Assembly: GCA_046726175.1 (NCBI GenBank)
Contig: JBKPAC010000100.1
Coordinates: forward strand, 4,202 to 68,201
From: Acidobacteriota bacterium
GTDB lineage: Bacteria > Acidobacteriota > Blastocatellia > Pyrinomonadales > Pyrinomonadaceae
Direction: 5' to 3'
DNA: 64,000 nucleotides
The notes beneath the pieces are model-generated. The model searched no databases. It was not told the DNA's origin and saw only the letters and a program-made list of their open reading frames with translations. The position numbers and the translations under genes were made by a program. Shown here in pieces: positions 53,268-62,802 of the stretch (its first letter is position 1; every line of letters begins with the position of its first letter).

Positions 53268-54196
53268 TCAGCTACATTCGGAATCCAAAACACCTGCCCA
53301 TTCACTTCAACACTCTTCAGCCCGCGCTTTGGCAAATCCTTTTCTTTTAAACCCAGGAATGTAAAGTGCGGCAGATCGCTCAACACCGTCTGAAACCAAC
53401 CATGACTCGCAAGAATCTCTCTGACTCGCGGATTCTCAAACTCATTCACGTCGAACGCGAGCATAGCGATATGTTGTGATGTTCCCGGTGCTGCTATCGA
53501 GTAGAGAATCGATTTGGAAAGATCTTTGCTGAAGAAGATTCCAGTCTTTTCCAATTCAAGTACCTCGGCAACCTGCTGGCCCAGGGGCAAGGTTTTCAGT
53601 CGATCGACCTGTTCACCTGTCAATCTTTGTTGTCCCAACCAGTATTCGAGCGCTGGTTCGAACCTCGTATTCCAGAGACGCACGCTATCGTCGTAATTCC
53701 GCCGACCTGCTTCAGCTCCGTCACGAGGAGTGATATCCAGCGATTCCTTCAAGGCATCTTCACGCGCTTTCAGCAATTCCTTCATCGCTGCGGGTTGCAG
53801 TTCGACATCGTCGTATCCCACATGTTCCGTGCGATAGCCTGCCTTGTTTTGAAAATTCGTTACCTGGTCTTCGCTGGTGAACACACATAACGGTGGTGGC
53901 GTCACTTTCTTGTCCGCAATAAACATCGCGCCGTAATCTTCAAGTACACGATGCGCGACCGGATCGTTAATAGGACAAATCGTTTCGAGTTTCATCTTCC
54001 GTTTCTTGAGGGCTTTCGCAAGCGCCTCGTAAAACGGAACGTGGTCATCTTTTGAAGTATCTGCTTTCGTAGCAATGGTCATGGTTGAAGTTGGTGCAGC
54101 GGGCTTAATCGGTTCTGCTGCCCCTCTCGAGGGGATGGATGAAAAGAGCGACGCAATGTAAATGAAGACTGACACCAGGCAAAGGTCTTTGAGCAT
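53264..54196 (-). CDS. Putative LAS/M15-family (VanY-like) D-Ala-D-Ala carboxypeptidase-like protein, exported
   Basis: Signal peptide is present. SQHIAMLAFD fits the H-x6-D pattern and a later DLPHF may supply the second His. The usual Gly in SxHxxGxAxD is Met here. Confidence 0.45.
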   Translation of the reverse strand: MLKDLCLVSVFIYIASLFSSIPSRGAAEPIKPAAPTSTMTIATKADTSKDDHVPFYEALAKALKKRKMKLETICPINDPVAHRVLEDYGAMFIADKKVTPPPLCVFTSEDQVTNFQNKAGYRTEHVGYDDVELQPAAMKELLKAREDALKESLDITPRDGAEAGRRNYDDSVRLWNTRFEPALEYWLGQQRLTGEQVDRLKTLPLGQQVAEVLELEKTGIFFSKDLSKSILYSIAAPGTSQHIAMLAFDVNEFENPRVREILASHGWFQTVLSDLPHFTFLGLKEKDLPKRGLKSVEVNGQVFWIPNVAE

Positions 54197-54433
54197 GCGC
54201 GCGAGCGATGATAGTAACGCTGGATCACGCTGGTCAACCGCGTCTCAATGGGCGTGACCGGCCTTGTGAGGATTCCCCCTAAATCTCAAAGGTGCTACAC
54301 TACCCCCGTCCCATTCGTAGAATTGAGCGAGTCGCTCTCCCCTAAAAGTTTCGACAAACTCCGGACAGTTGCACATGGATGCGTGCTTTTCCTCGCCTGG
54401 CACGCAAAGCCTTTTTCCCGAAAGAGGTAGATC

Positions 54434-56065
54434 ATGAATGTCCCCCAGTTTATCGCAGGCAGGTTTCGTATCGAGTGCGAAATCGGAACTGGAGGCATGG
54501 GAACTGTTTACCGTGCCACGCACCTGGGCCTGGAACGGCCCGTCGCCGTCAAGATCATCCGAAGTGAATTCGCGGGCGACCCTGACGTCACTGAGCGATT
54601 TCTGCGCGAAGCGCGTACGATGGCCCGTCTGCGACACCAGCACGCGGCGATGATCTTCGACGCGGGCAGCCTGCCCGATGGTCGCCATTTCATAGTTATG
54701 GAGTTTGTCGAGGGAGTGACACTCTCAACGGCACTCGCCCGCGACGGCCAGTTTTCTCCCGAACGCGCTGTCAAAATTGCAATTGAGATTTGCGAGGTAC
54801 TCGGAGAGGCGCACAGACTGGGAATCGTTCATCGCGATCTGAAACCGTCTAACATCATGCTCAGCGAACAAGGAGTGCGCGTGCTTGATTTCGGCGTTGC
54901 TAAGGTGCTCGCGTCATCAGCCGAATCCACTGCCACACACGCTAGTACTGGTTCTGGCAAAATCGTTGGAACTCCTCGCTACATGTCTCCCGAGCAATGT
55001 TTGGGCCACCGAGTCGGCGCGCGCAGCGACCTCTACAGCCTTGGCGTGTTGTTGTACGAGATGATCGCCGGACGCCCTCCATTCATTGATGTTTTGCCGT
55101 CAGCTGTGATGGTGAAGCAAGCAACTGCTCCTGCGCCTCCGTTGCCAAAACTGCGCCCAGATGTTTCGCGATCGCTGGCGATTGCAGTTCATACGTTGCT
55201 CGCGAAGCGTCCCGAGGATCGACCGCGCACAGCAGCTGATGCTCGCTTCATGTTGGCGAGAAGCCTCACACATCCTGAACGAACTCTGCCGGACACTGAA
55301 CCGTTGTCGTCGACTGTCGCGGCGCTGACTTCCGGACGCGATCTCGTGTTCCGTATCGGCGCTCCGCTGGCGTTAGTGTTGCTTTTCAGTGCCGGGCTGT
55401 TCGCGTGGGATTACACGACCGAGAGTGCGACAGCTCTGCAGAGCCAGGGTGCACTAGCATCGATGTCGGGAGGACAGTTCACGGCGCCGCAGCCTGCACC
55501 CTCCGCAAAAGTGCTTGACGCGGCACCACTCCAGCCTGTTCCCAAAGTGGTCACAGAACGAATTGAACTCTCAACCGAGGCTGCGCGTAAGAAGGTGGCC
55601 CAGGTCTCGAATGGTCGAGCCAGTGGAGTTCAACTGGTCGACACTGACTCGGGTCTGGCGATCGTCGCAATTCAGAATGCGAGGAAGTCGGGATCATCGC
55701 ATTTCTTCGTAATGCAGAAGCGATCCGGCAAGTACCAGGTCGCGACGCGTGGTCCGCTCGATGCGGAAGGATTTCGGCACGCATCATGGACCAGTGAGTT
55801 GCTGGACGCTGACGAGGATAGTTATCCCGAGGTGCTATTCGTCGGGAGCAACTCACCGGATCGGCGACTGGCCCGCAGACTTGTCCTGTACTCTCCGAAC
55901 GATCGAAAAAGCTATTCCATGCTTTTGACCGGAGAAGTCATAGCAAAAGGAACGCCGAAGGTGATATGGTCCACCAGCGCCGCAAAACTTGAAGCCGCCC
56001 CGTACCGAGCCGCGCTTAGACTCAAGGCCCGTAGTCTGCTGACGCAAGCAAAGAATCGGCAATAA
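54434..56065 (+). CDS. Serine/threonine protein kinase with TM helix and extracytoplasmic C-terminal domain
   Basis: GTGGMGTVYRA is the Gly loop. VAVKII, HRDLKPSNIM, DFG and GTPRYMSPE motifs are present. The TM segment is APLALVLLFSAGLFAW. Confidence 0.9.
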   Translation: MNVPQFIAGRFRIECEIGTGGMGTVYRATHLGLERPVAVKIIRSEFAGDPDVTERFLREARTMARLRHQHAAMIFDAGSLPDGRHFIVMEFVEGVTLSTALARDGQFSPERAVKIAIEICEVLGEAHRLGIVHRDLKPSNIMLSEQGVRVLDFGVAKVLASSAESTATHASTGSGKIVGTPRYMSPEQCLGHRVGARSDLYSLGVLLYEMIAGRPPFIDVLPSAVMVKQATAPAPPLPKLRPDVSRSLAIAVHTLLAKRPEDRPRTAADARFMLARSLTHPERTLPDTEPLSSTVAALTSGRDLVFRIGAPLALVLLFSAGLFAWDYTTESATALQSQGALASMSGGQFTAPQPAPSAKVLDAAPLQPVPKVVTERIELSTEAARKKVAQVSNGRASGVQLVDTDSGLAIVAIQNARKSGSSHFFVMQKRSGKYQVATRGPLDAEGFRHASWTSELLDADEDSYPEVLFVGSNSPDRRLARRLVLYSPNDRKSYSMLLTGEVIAKGTPKVIWSTSAAKLEAAPYRAALRLKARSLLTQAKNRQ

Positions 56066-56067
56066 AG

Positions 56068-56146
56068 TTCACGCAAAGACGCAAAGGGCCAAAGACGCAA
56101 AGTCTAACTTCTTTGGGTCTTTGCTTCCGTTGCGTCTTTGCGTGAA
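56068..56146. repeat. Inverted-repeat hairpin with GCAAAGAC-word arms
   Basis: ttcacgcaaagacgcaaagggccaaagacgcaaag ... ctttgggtctttgcttccgttgcgtctttgcgtgaa. Confidence 0.85.
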
Positions 56147-56193
56147 AATTCCTCTGTGCAAAATCCTCCAAGGCCCGGAAACCACCACCCGAC

Positions 56194-56823
56194 ATGAGTA
56201 ACACCAGATTCGATCAGTCTTTTTGTAAAAGGCTGACCGAACGTATCGCCCAAATCGAAAATAATACAAACGCGGAATTGGTGGTTGTTGTCAGAGCTCG
56301 CTCGGATCACTATCGACACGCCGACTATCTGCTTGGCGCCCTCCTCGCGTTCGCCGGACTTCTGTTCCTCGTCTTCTCACCGTGGGAGTTCCACCCTTAC
56401 TGGTTCGTCGTCGATGTAATTATTTTGTTTATTGCCGGCGCATATCTTTCGTCGAAGAGCAGCGTCTTGCGTCGCCTTCTTACGGGCTCAAAGTTTCGCA
56501 CCGAAGCAGTGCGAAAATCCACGGCCGCGATGTTCTACGATGCTGGTATCGCGAATACCAGTTCAGAGATGGGGCTGCTCGTTTACATGTCATTACTCGA
56601 ACGAAGGCTCGAGCTGATTGCTGATCGAGGAGTGCTCAAGGCTGTTCCTTCGCTTGAGTGGAATCAACTACTGGTTGAGATGCAGCAGGCCGGCACGAAT
56701 CCTGAACCTGAGTCTTTGGAAGTGGCAATCGAAAAGCTTGGGAAGTTGCTTGTCGAACATCTTCCGGCGACCGGAGAGAATCCAAACGAGCTGCCGGACC
56801 TGGCGCGATTTGAATTTGAATGA
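56194..56823 (+). CDS. TPM-domain-like membrane protein
   Basis: RIAQIENNTNAELVVVV resembles the TPM/YgcG N-terminal strand. Two TM helices follow. The assignment is tentative. Confidence 0.45.
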   Translation: MSNTRFDQSFCKRLTERIAQIENNTNAELVVVVRARSDHYRHADYLLGALLAFAGLLFLVFSPWEFHPYWFVVDVIILFIAGAYLSSKSSVLRRLLTGSKFRTEAVRKSTAAMFYDAGIANTSSEMGLLVYMSLLERRLELIADRGVLKAVPSLEWNQLLVEMQQAGTNPEPESLEVAIEKLGKLLVEHLPATGENPNELPDLARFEFE

Positions 56824-58370
56824 AGTTAACTCGTCTAAGGAAAAGTTTATCGACCGCCGCATTAATTGCGTTGCTGCTCTCACTGTTTGCGGTAGACGTT
56901 TTTGCCCGCGTCGGTGGCGGGCACTCGTATGGCGGCGGTGATGGCGGCGGAGATCACGGTGGTGATGCTGGAGCAATCATCTGGATACTTTTTCAGTTGG
57001 TTCGCCTGCTACTCTATCTAACGATTGAATACCCAATCATCGGAATTCCTCTCGACATCATCGTAGTTGCAAGCGTGATCTACTTCTTTGCCAGAAGGGG
57101 AAGAGCTGCTGCGGCGGGCGTTGAAATTTTTTCTTCCAAGGCAGCCGCAACGTCGACTCAGCTCGAGCACTGCCGCCCTCCGGAAACTGTAGCGCGAGAG
57201 TTTGCGCACCTGCGCAAGTTTGACCCGAACTTTTCGGAGATTGTCTTCACAGATTTCGCTTACGCGCTGTACAGCAAAGCGCACGAAGCACGAGGTCGGG
57301 GCGTCGCAGCACTCGACGAATTCTCTCCGTACTTCAGTGGCCCCGCAAGAAACGCATTATTGCAACGCAATCCGAGGGGACTGCACGAGGTTAAAGGAAT
57401 CATTGTCGGCTCGATGAAAGTGACCGGCGTAGATGGCCTCGATTCTCCGGTAGTGAGGATTGGCTTGCTGTTTGAAACGAACTACACGGAAGTGTTGAGC
57501 ACCAACGGCAAGAAATCGGAAACGAGTTTCTACGTGCGTGAACGCTGGGATCTCGAGCGGAAGCGCGATCGGCTTTCGCTGCCGCCGGGCGCGGCTACAG
57601 CGCTCCATTGTCCGAGTTGTGGCGCGCCTCTGGAGAAGGATTCGGTTGGAGCCTGTGCGTACTGTCACAAGAAGATCGAGAACGGCGAGTTTCAGTGGTA
57701 CGTGCGAAGCATCACTCTGCTAAGCAGCGAAGATCGCGGACCACTGCTGACTTCAGACGTTCCCGAAGCGGGAACTGATCTGCCCAGCATTGTGCAGCCT
57801 AATTTTTCCAGCATCGCGGCCGAGTTCGAGCGCGATAATCCGCAATTCACGTGGCAAACTTTCAAAGAGCGCGCTCGCTTGATTTTCAACGAGTTGCAGT
57901 CAGCATGGTCGTCTTTGAATTGGGAACGAGCCCGCCCCCACGAAACAGATAATATTTTTCAAATGCATCAGTACTGGATTGACGCATACAAACGGCAGGG
58001 TCTGCGCAATATCGTGGACCAGCTCATGATTGTCGCAATGCAGCCCGTCAAGGTTCAGGAAGATGCGTTCTATCACGCGATCACTGTTCGGATCTGGGCG
58101 CAAGGCTACGACTACACGATTGACCAATCCGGGAACGTAGTCAGCGGCTCGCGCAACCGGCTGCGAAGCTGGAGCGAATATTGGACGTTTATCCGAAATA
58201 AGACAGCAAAGCCTGCCGCGGCTAAGGTGGATCTCAATTGTCCGAACTGCGGAGCTCCGCTGAAAGTGAATGCCAGCGGCATTTGTGAATTTTGCGGCGG
58301 CAAGATAACCTCAGGAGAGTTTGATTGGGTACTGTCAAAGATCGAGCAGGACGAAGCCTACAGCGGCTGA
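56820..58370 (+). CDS. Tim44-like-domain protein with Gly-rich N-terminus and two zinc-ribbon inserts
   Basis: It overlaps the upstream gene by 4 nt. The Gly-rich stretch is GGGHSYGGGDGGGDHGGD, followed by a TM helix. Two modules end in CPSCGAPL..CAYCHKKIENGEFQW and CPNCGAPL..CEFCGGKITSGEFDW. Confidence 0.55.
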   Translation: MKLTRLRKSLSTAALIALLLSLFAVDVFARVGGGHSYGGGDGGGDHGGDAGAIIWILFQLVRLLLYLTIEYPIIGIPLDIIVVASVIYFFARRGRAAAAGVEIFSSKAAATSTQLEHCRPPETVAREFAHLRKFDPNFSEIVFTDFAYALYSKAHEARGRGVAALDEFSPYFSGPARNALLQRNPRGLHEVKGIIVGSMKVTGVDGLDSPVVRIGLLFETNYTEVLSTNGKKSETSFYVRERWDLERKRDRLSLPPGAATALHCPSCGAPLEKDSVGACAYCHKKIENGEFQWYVRSITLLSSEDRGPLLTSDVPEAGTDLPSIVQPNFSSIAAEFERDNPQFTWQTFKERARLIFNELQSAWSSLNWERARPHETDNIFQMHQYWIDAYKRQGLRNIVDQLMIVAMQPVKVQEDAFYHAITVRIWAQGYDYTIDQSGNVVSGSRNRLRSWSEYWTFIRNKTAKPAAAKVDLNCPNCGAPLKVNASGICEFCGGKITSGEFDWVLSKIEQDEAYSG

Positions 58371-58433
58371 CATCTAATTCGTTTCCTCTGACATCGAACT
58401 CGTTCGCCCACTGACACTGTTGGTACAACACCT

Positions 58434-59894
58434 GTGAAGCACGCTACGGAGTCTTTTGTGAAACGCAGTCTATTACTGTTCCTAATTACAGTTTGTCTTA
58501 TTGCTCAGGCTACACCGGCGGCCGCTGCGCTGCCGCAAAAGGCCGGTAGAGCTCCCGCGAAACCACGAGCGGCGGCCGCTGCGCCTGCTCGTCTGCCTGA
58601 AGTAAAGCTCGCCAACCGCGTCTTGACTAACGGTCTTGAAGTTATCGTGATGGAGGACCATGCGGTGCCGCTCGTCACGATTGAGCTGGGCGTAAAGAAC
58701 GGTTCTTACACAGAGCCTCCCGAGCTCAATGGTCTTTCTCACCTTTACGAGCACATGTTCTTCAAGGCCAACCGGGCTATCGCGGATCAAGAAGACTATT
58801 TGAAGTCTATAGGTCAGCTCGGAATCGCCTACAACGGATCGACGCGGGAAGAAGTTGTCAACTACTACTTCACGACGACGAGTCCAAACCTGCGCACGGC
58901 TCTGCAATTCATGAAAGATGCCGCCCGGTATCCACTTTTTAATTCATCCGAATTCGAACGCGAGCGGCAGGTGGTAATCGGCGAGATCGATCGCAACGAG
59001 TCCAATCCGTTCTTCTACCTTAACCAGGAGATGAACAACCGCTTATTCTTCAAATATCCAAGCCGGAAAAGTCCCCTGGGAAATCGACAGACGGTTTCAG
59101 CCGCCTCAACCGACATGATGCGGCTGATCCAGCAGCGCTACTACGTTCCTAACAATTCGGCGTTGGTGGTAACAGGAGACGTAACTCCGGACGATGTATT
59201 TAAGTTGGCTCAGGAGTTCTTTGGCGATTGGCCAAGGCGCGAGAAAGATCCCTTTGTTGAGTTTCCACTGGTAGAGCATCCACCGTTGCCAAAGAGTGAA
59301 GGCGCCGTCATCACCCAACCTGTCGAAAACGTGATTATCAATATTGGTTGGCACGGACCATCGATTGGAAAGGACGATGCGGCGACCTACGCTGCGGATG
59401 TCTTCTCTTATATCTTGACCCAACCAAACTCCCGCTTTCAGAGAGCGTTGGTTGATACGGGTTTGGTAGCAGGAGTCAGCATTGGTTACTACACGCAACG
59501 CAACGTTGGTCCAATCGCCATCGTAGCGCAGACGACGCCTGAAAACGCTCACGGTGCGCTGAAGGCTATTTACAATGAGGTAGCTCATTTCAATGACAAG
59601 GACTACTTCACTGACGAACAGCTCGAAAGTTCGAAGGCCATCCTGGAAGCAAACGATCTCTATGACCGGGAAAAAACGAGTGACTATGCTCATACGCTGA
59701 GCTTCTGGTGGGCTTCAACAGGGCTGGATTATTTTCGCGGGTACCTGGGTCGTTTGCGCGCAACCTCGAGAGCTGACATCAGCCGCTACGTCACGACCTA
59801 CATTCAAGGCAAGCCACACGTCGGCCTTGTATTGTTGTCCCCAGAGGCGCAGGAAAAGATCAAACTTCAACCGGAAGAACTAATAGGTCAATGA
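58434..59894 (+). CDS. M16-family (pitrilysin/insulinase-like) zinc peptidase, active-site subunit
   Basis: Signal peptide is present. GLSHLYEHMFF contains the HxxEH inverted zincin motif. Confidence 0.8.
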   Translation: MKHATESFVKRSLLLFLITVCLIAQATPAAAALPQKAGRAPAKPRAAAAAPARLPEVKLANRVLTNGLEVIVMEDHAVPLVTIELGVKNGSYTEPPELNGLSHLYEHMFFKANRAIADQEDYLKSIGQLGIAYNGSTREEVVNYYFTTTSPNLRTALQFMKDAARYPLFNSSEFERERQVVIGEIDRNESNPFFYLNQEMNNRLFFKYPSRKSPLGNRQTVSAASTDMMRLIQQRYYVPNNSALVVTGDVTPDDVFKLAQEFFGDWPRREKDPFVEFPLVEHPPLPKSEGAVITQPVENVIINIGWHGPSIGKDDAATYAADVFSYILTQPNSRFQRALVDTGLVAGVSIGYYTQRNVGPIAIVAQTTPENAHGALKAIYNEVAHFNDKDYFTDEQLESSKAILEANDLYDREKTSDYAHTLSFWWASTGLDYFRGYLGRLRATSRADISRYVTTYIQGKPHVGLVLLSPEAQEKIKLQPEELIGQ

Positions 59895-61339
59895 AAAGAG
59901 ATAGTGGAATAAGCCGATTGGTGTCGTCGTGGTGCGCGGGGTTGTTTTTCGCAATTGCGCTGGTGTTGCAATCATCGGCAGCGATTGCTCAAACGCATGC
60001 GTCGGGCAAGGAAGGATCGTCGCGGAAGGCCGATGCACAACTCGCCACGCAGCTACAACAGACTCAAGCGCTGCAGAATATCGTCGCCAAGCAGGCTGCG
60101 CTCGTAAGCGAGTTCGACGTAAACGGGCTCAAGGTTCTGGTAAAGAAGCGCGAAGGAAGTTTGACTGTGGCGGCTGGGTTGTTCATACGCGGCGGCTCGA
60201 GAAACATCACGGCTGAAAACGCGGGTATCGAGGCGCTGATGCTAGATGTAGCGTCTGAAGCCAGTTTGAATTTCCCTCGGCAACGGCTGCGCAGTGATCT
60301 GGCCCGAATGGGAACGCTGATCAGCTACGGAATCAATCCCGATTATTCGGCTCTGTCGTTGCGCTGCACGCGTCCGAATTTTGACAAGTCGTGGCAGATA
60401 TTCACTGACGTCATCCTGAATCCTTCGTTCTCTAAGGAAGACGTTGCATTGATTCAGCAACGCCAGGTGACGTCTCGGCGCGACGACAACGACGATCCGG
60501 ACAGTTATCTGCAACGCTTACAGGATCGAGTCGCTTATGCCGGCCATCCGTACCTCGTGCGAACAGAAGGGACAGCCGAGAGCCTAAGCCGCATAACTCC
60601 GGATGATCTGCGCCGTTATCACCAGAAGATGATGGAGACCTCGCGCTTGCTGCTTGTGATTGTCGGAGATTTGAACCCGGCTCAGGTGCGTGATGTTGTC
60701 GCATCAACCATCGGTAAACTGCCGCGCGGAAACTATCATCCTGAGCCAATGCCTCAGCTTGCTTTCGATAGGTCGACAGTTGAAGTGACTCCGCGGGCGC
60801 TACCAACGAATTACATTCAAGGTCTGTACACGGCGCCGTCACCTACATCACCTGACATGGACGCAATGCGGATTGCCAGCTCGATCTTGCGTGATCGTGT
60901 GTTTGAAGAAGTTCGCGCGAAGCGAAATCTCTCGTATGCGCCCGATGCTTTTCTGCGAACACAAGCTGCGAACAGTGGCGGGATCTATGTGACTGCCGTG
61001 GACGCAAACCAGGCAGTCAGAGTAATGCTGAACGAGATTGCGCGGTTACAGCGCGAGCCGATTAGCGCGCAGGAGATTCAGGCAGTCATTGCTCAGTATT
61101 TGACAAGCTATTATTTGGGACAGGAAACCAACGCGGCGCAGGCAGGTGATCTTGCCCAGTACGAGATACTGGGTGGAGGCTGGCGCAATTCTGTTGAAGT
61201 GATCGAGCGCCTGAAAGCTGTGACACCCGCTGATGTGCAGCGTGTGTCCCAAAAGTACATGCGCAACATCCGCTTCGTGGTGTTAGGAAATCCTCAGGCG
61301 GTCAACGCCGACGTCTTTACTGGCAGTGCCGGAGACTGA
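59891..61339 (+). CDS. M16-family peptidase-like protein lacking HxxEH (non-catalytic partner)
   Basis: It overlaps the upstream gene by 4 nt and has M16-like length and layout. GIEALMLDVA sits where HxxEH would be. Confidence 0.65.
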   Translation: MKRDSGISRLVSSWCAGLFFAIALVLQSSAAIAQTHASGKEGSSRKADAQLATQLQQTQALQNIVAKQAALVSEFDVNGLKVLVKKREGSLTVAAGLFIRGGSRNITAENAGIEALMLDVASEASLNFPRQRLRSDLARMGTLISYGINPDYSALSLRCTRPNFDKSWQIFTDVILNPSFSKEDVALIQQRQVTSRRDDNDDPDSYLQRLQDRVAYAGHPYLVRTEGTAESLSRITPDDLRRYHQKMMETSRLLLVIVGDLNPAQVRDVVASTIGKLPRGNYHPEPMPQLAFDRSTVEVTPRALPTNYIQGLYTAPSPTSPDMDAMRIASSILRDRVFEEVRAKRNLSYAPDAFLRTQAANSGGIYVTAVDANQAVRVMLNEIARLQREPISAQEIQAVIAQYLTSYYLGQETNAAQAGDLAQYEILGGGWRNSVEVIERLKAVTPADVQRVSQKYMRNIRFVVLGNPQAVNADVFTGSAGD

Positions 61340-61342
61340 GGG

Positions 61343-61416
61343 AATTTCCAATTTTTGATTGTCGATTTTCGATTTCCGACCAGAACTGCAAATCTAAAAT
61401 CTAAAATCAAAAATCT
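61343..61416. repeat. Imperfect hairpin with GATTTTCGATTT / AAATCTAAAATC word arms
   Basis: aatttccaatttttgattgtcgattttcgatttccg ... gcaaatctaaaatctaaaatcaaaaatctaaaatcc. It lies between convergent gene ends. Confidence 0.7.
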
Positions 61417-61422
61417 AAAATC

Positions 61423-62547
61423 CTACCGTCTCTCTGTCAGATACTTCCGATAAAGCTTCTCATCCAGCTTCTGCAGCATATCCGCCTGGAGCTGGGCGTT
61501 CTCTCGATCACCTAGATCGTCGTAAACGATCGCCAGATTGTAGTATCCGTCCGCACTGTCCGGCCGTAAGCGCACCGCCTCCAGGTACGACGTGATCGCT
61601 TCCTGGAGCCTGCCTGCATAGTAAAACGCATCGCCAAGCTTGTTTCGCAGATCAGCCGATTCAGGTTTGAGCCTCAATGCCTGTTGGTACGCTCGAATAG
61701 CTTCGACATTCTTACCCTGCTTTACTTTGCAGTATCCAACCTGCATCCATGCGTCAGCTCGTCGCGGGTTCTTGTTCACCGCGTTTTCGAAAAAGCCAAG
61801 AGCGTTGTCGTAGTTACCCAGCCAAAGCGACTCGAGGCCGTTCCGATAAGGCGGGTCTGCCAGGTCGGAAGCTCGATCACGGCGCAATTCTGTGAGAGCC
61901 CGAAGCCTTCCTGGAGCGAGTTGCTCGACTCGGCTGGAATCAATTGCCAGATTGATGTTCTGACCGTTCGTGACTTTTACGGTAACAACGCCGACTACTT
62001 GCCCCTTCATATTGAACACGGGGCTACCACTGTTCCCATGCGAGACAGGAGCAGTGATCTGAACGATGCGGCCAACGTTCGGCACTTCGCGGACGGCTGA
62101 AACAATTCCGTCGCTGATCGAACCCTCAAGCTTGAGCGGATTGCCGACGACGAAGATCTGTTCGCCTTCGTCGGGAAGGGCCGGCGCGAACTCAACGTTG
62201 CGATTACGGTCGGTTGGCATGTCTACGCCCAGAACGACCAGGTCGCCTTCATCGTCGACCGCCACGGCGCCAGTGACGGCGTAAGTCCTACCTTTGCCAT
62301 CAAGCGTCTTTATTTCTGCTCGCGATGCGTTCCGCATCACGTGCAGGTTCGTGACGACCTGCCCGGGGCGGACAAAGAACCCGCTGCCGGTCATTAAGGC
62401 TTCGCCTGAGAAGTCGAAGGTGGTGATAGCTACAACGGTTGGCTTTACCTGACGGACAATCTCGGGGAGATTCGACTGTGCCTTGACCGTTATTGAGCAG
62501 AGAAAAACTGCGAGAAAAAGAGGGAGAGGGGGAAATCGCTTGTACAT
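61423..62547 (-). CDS. Secreted trypsin-like serine protease fused to TPR repeats
   Basis: Signal peptide is present. TNLHV (His), DLVVLGV (Asp) and HGNSGSPVF (Ser) form the catalytic pattern. The C-terminal repeats are TPR-like. Confidence 0.75.
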   Translation of the reverse strand: MYKRFPPLPLFLAVFLCSITVKAQSNLPEIVRQVKPTVVAITTFDFSGEALMTGSGFFVRPGQVVTNLHVMRNASRAEIKTLDGKGRTYAVTGAVAVDDEGDLVVLGVDMPTDRNRNVEFAPALPDEGEQIFVVGNPLKLEGSISDGIVSAVREVPNVGRIVQITAPVSHGNSGSPVFNMKGQVVGVVTVKVTNGQNINLAIDSSRVEQLAPGRLRALTELRRDRASDLADPPYRNGLESLWLGNYDNALGFFENAVNKNPRRADAWMQVGYCKVKQGKNVEAIRAYQQALRLKPESADLRNKLGDAFYYAGRLQEAITSYLEAVRLRPDSADGYYNLAIVYDDLGDRENAQLQADMLQKLDEKLYRKYLTERR

Positions 62548-62751
62548 ATCGTTAAACCGGGGAAACTGAAATCGTTAATTACCAGAAAACTGAGTAAACT
62601 TTTCATTGATTGTCGGGCTCAGGACTTAATTGCCCATCGGGAGAGGAGTTGCGTCGGCAACTCCGGCTGAGTCTTATATTAACTCAATGGCCAAGGGTGG
62701 GTAAATAGGTAGGTGAATTGGGATGGTAAATGTCCGTTTGGCTTAGCTTTA

Positions 62752-62781
62752 TCAAAGAAAAGGCCGCCAAAGGGCGGCCTC
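62752..62781 (-). terminator. Intrinsic terminator of the 62803-63732 gene
   Basis: On the minus strand, AGGCCGCCC-UUU-GGCGGCCU is followed by UUUCUUUG, 20 nt after the stop codon. Confidence 0.75.
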
Positions 62782-62802
62782 TCAACCCGGTGTGGCAATG
62801 TC

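Noticed and set aside
53625-53660. The tRNA-like T-loop string ggttcgaacc.
   Set aside because: The flanking bases do not form T-stem or acceptor pairings. The site lies inside a well-supported CDS on the opposite strand.
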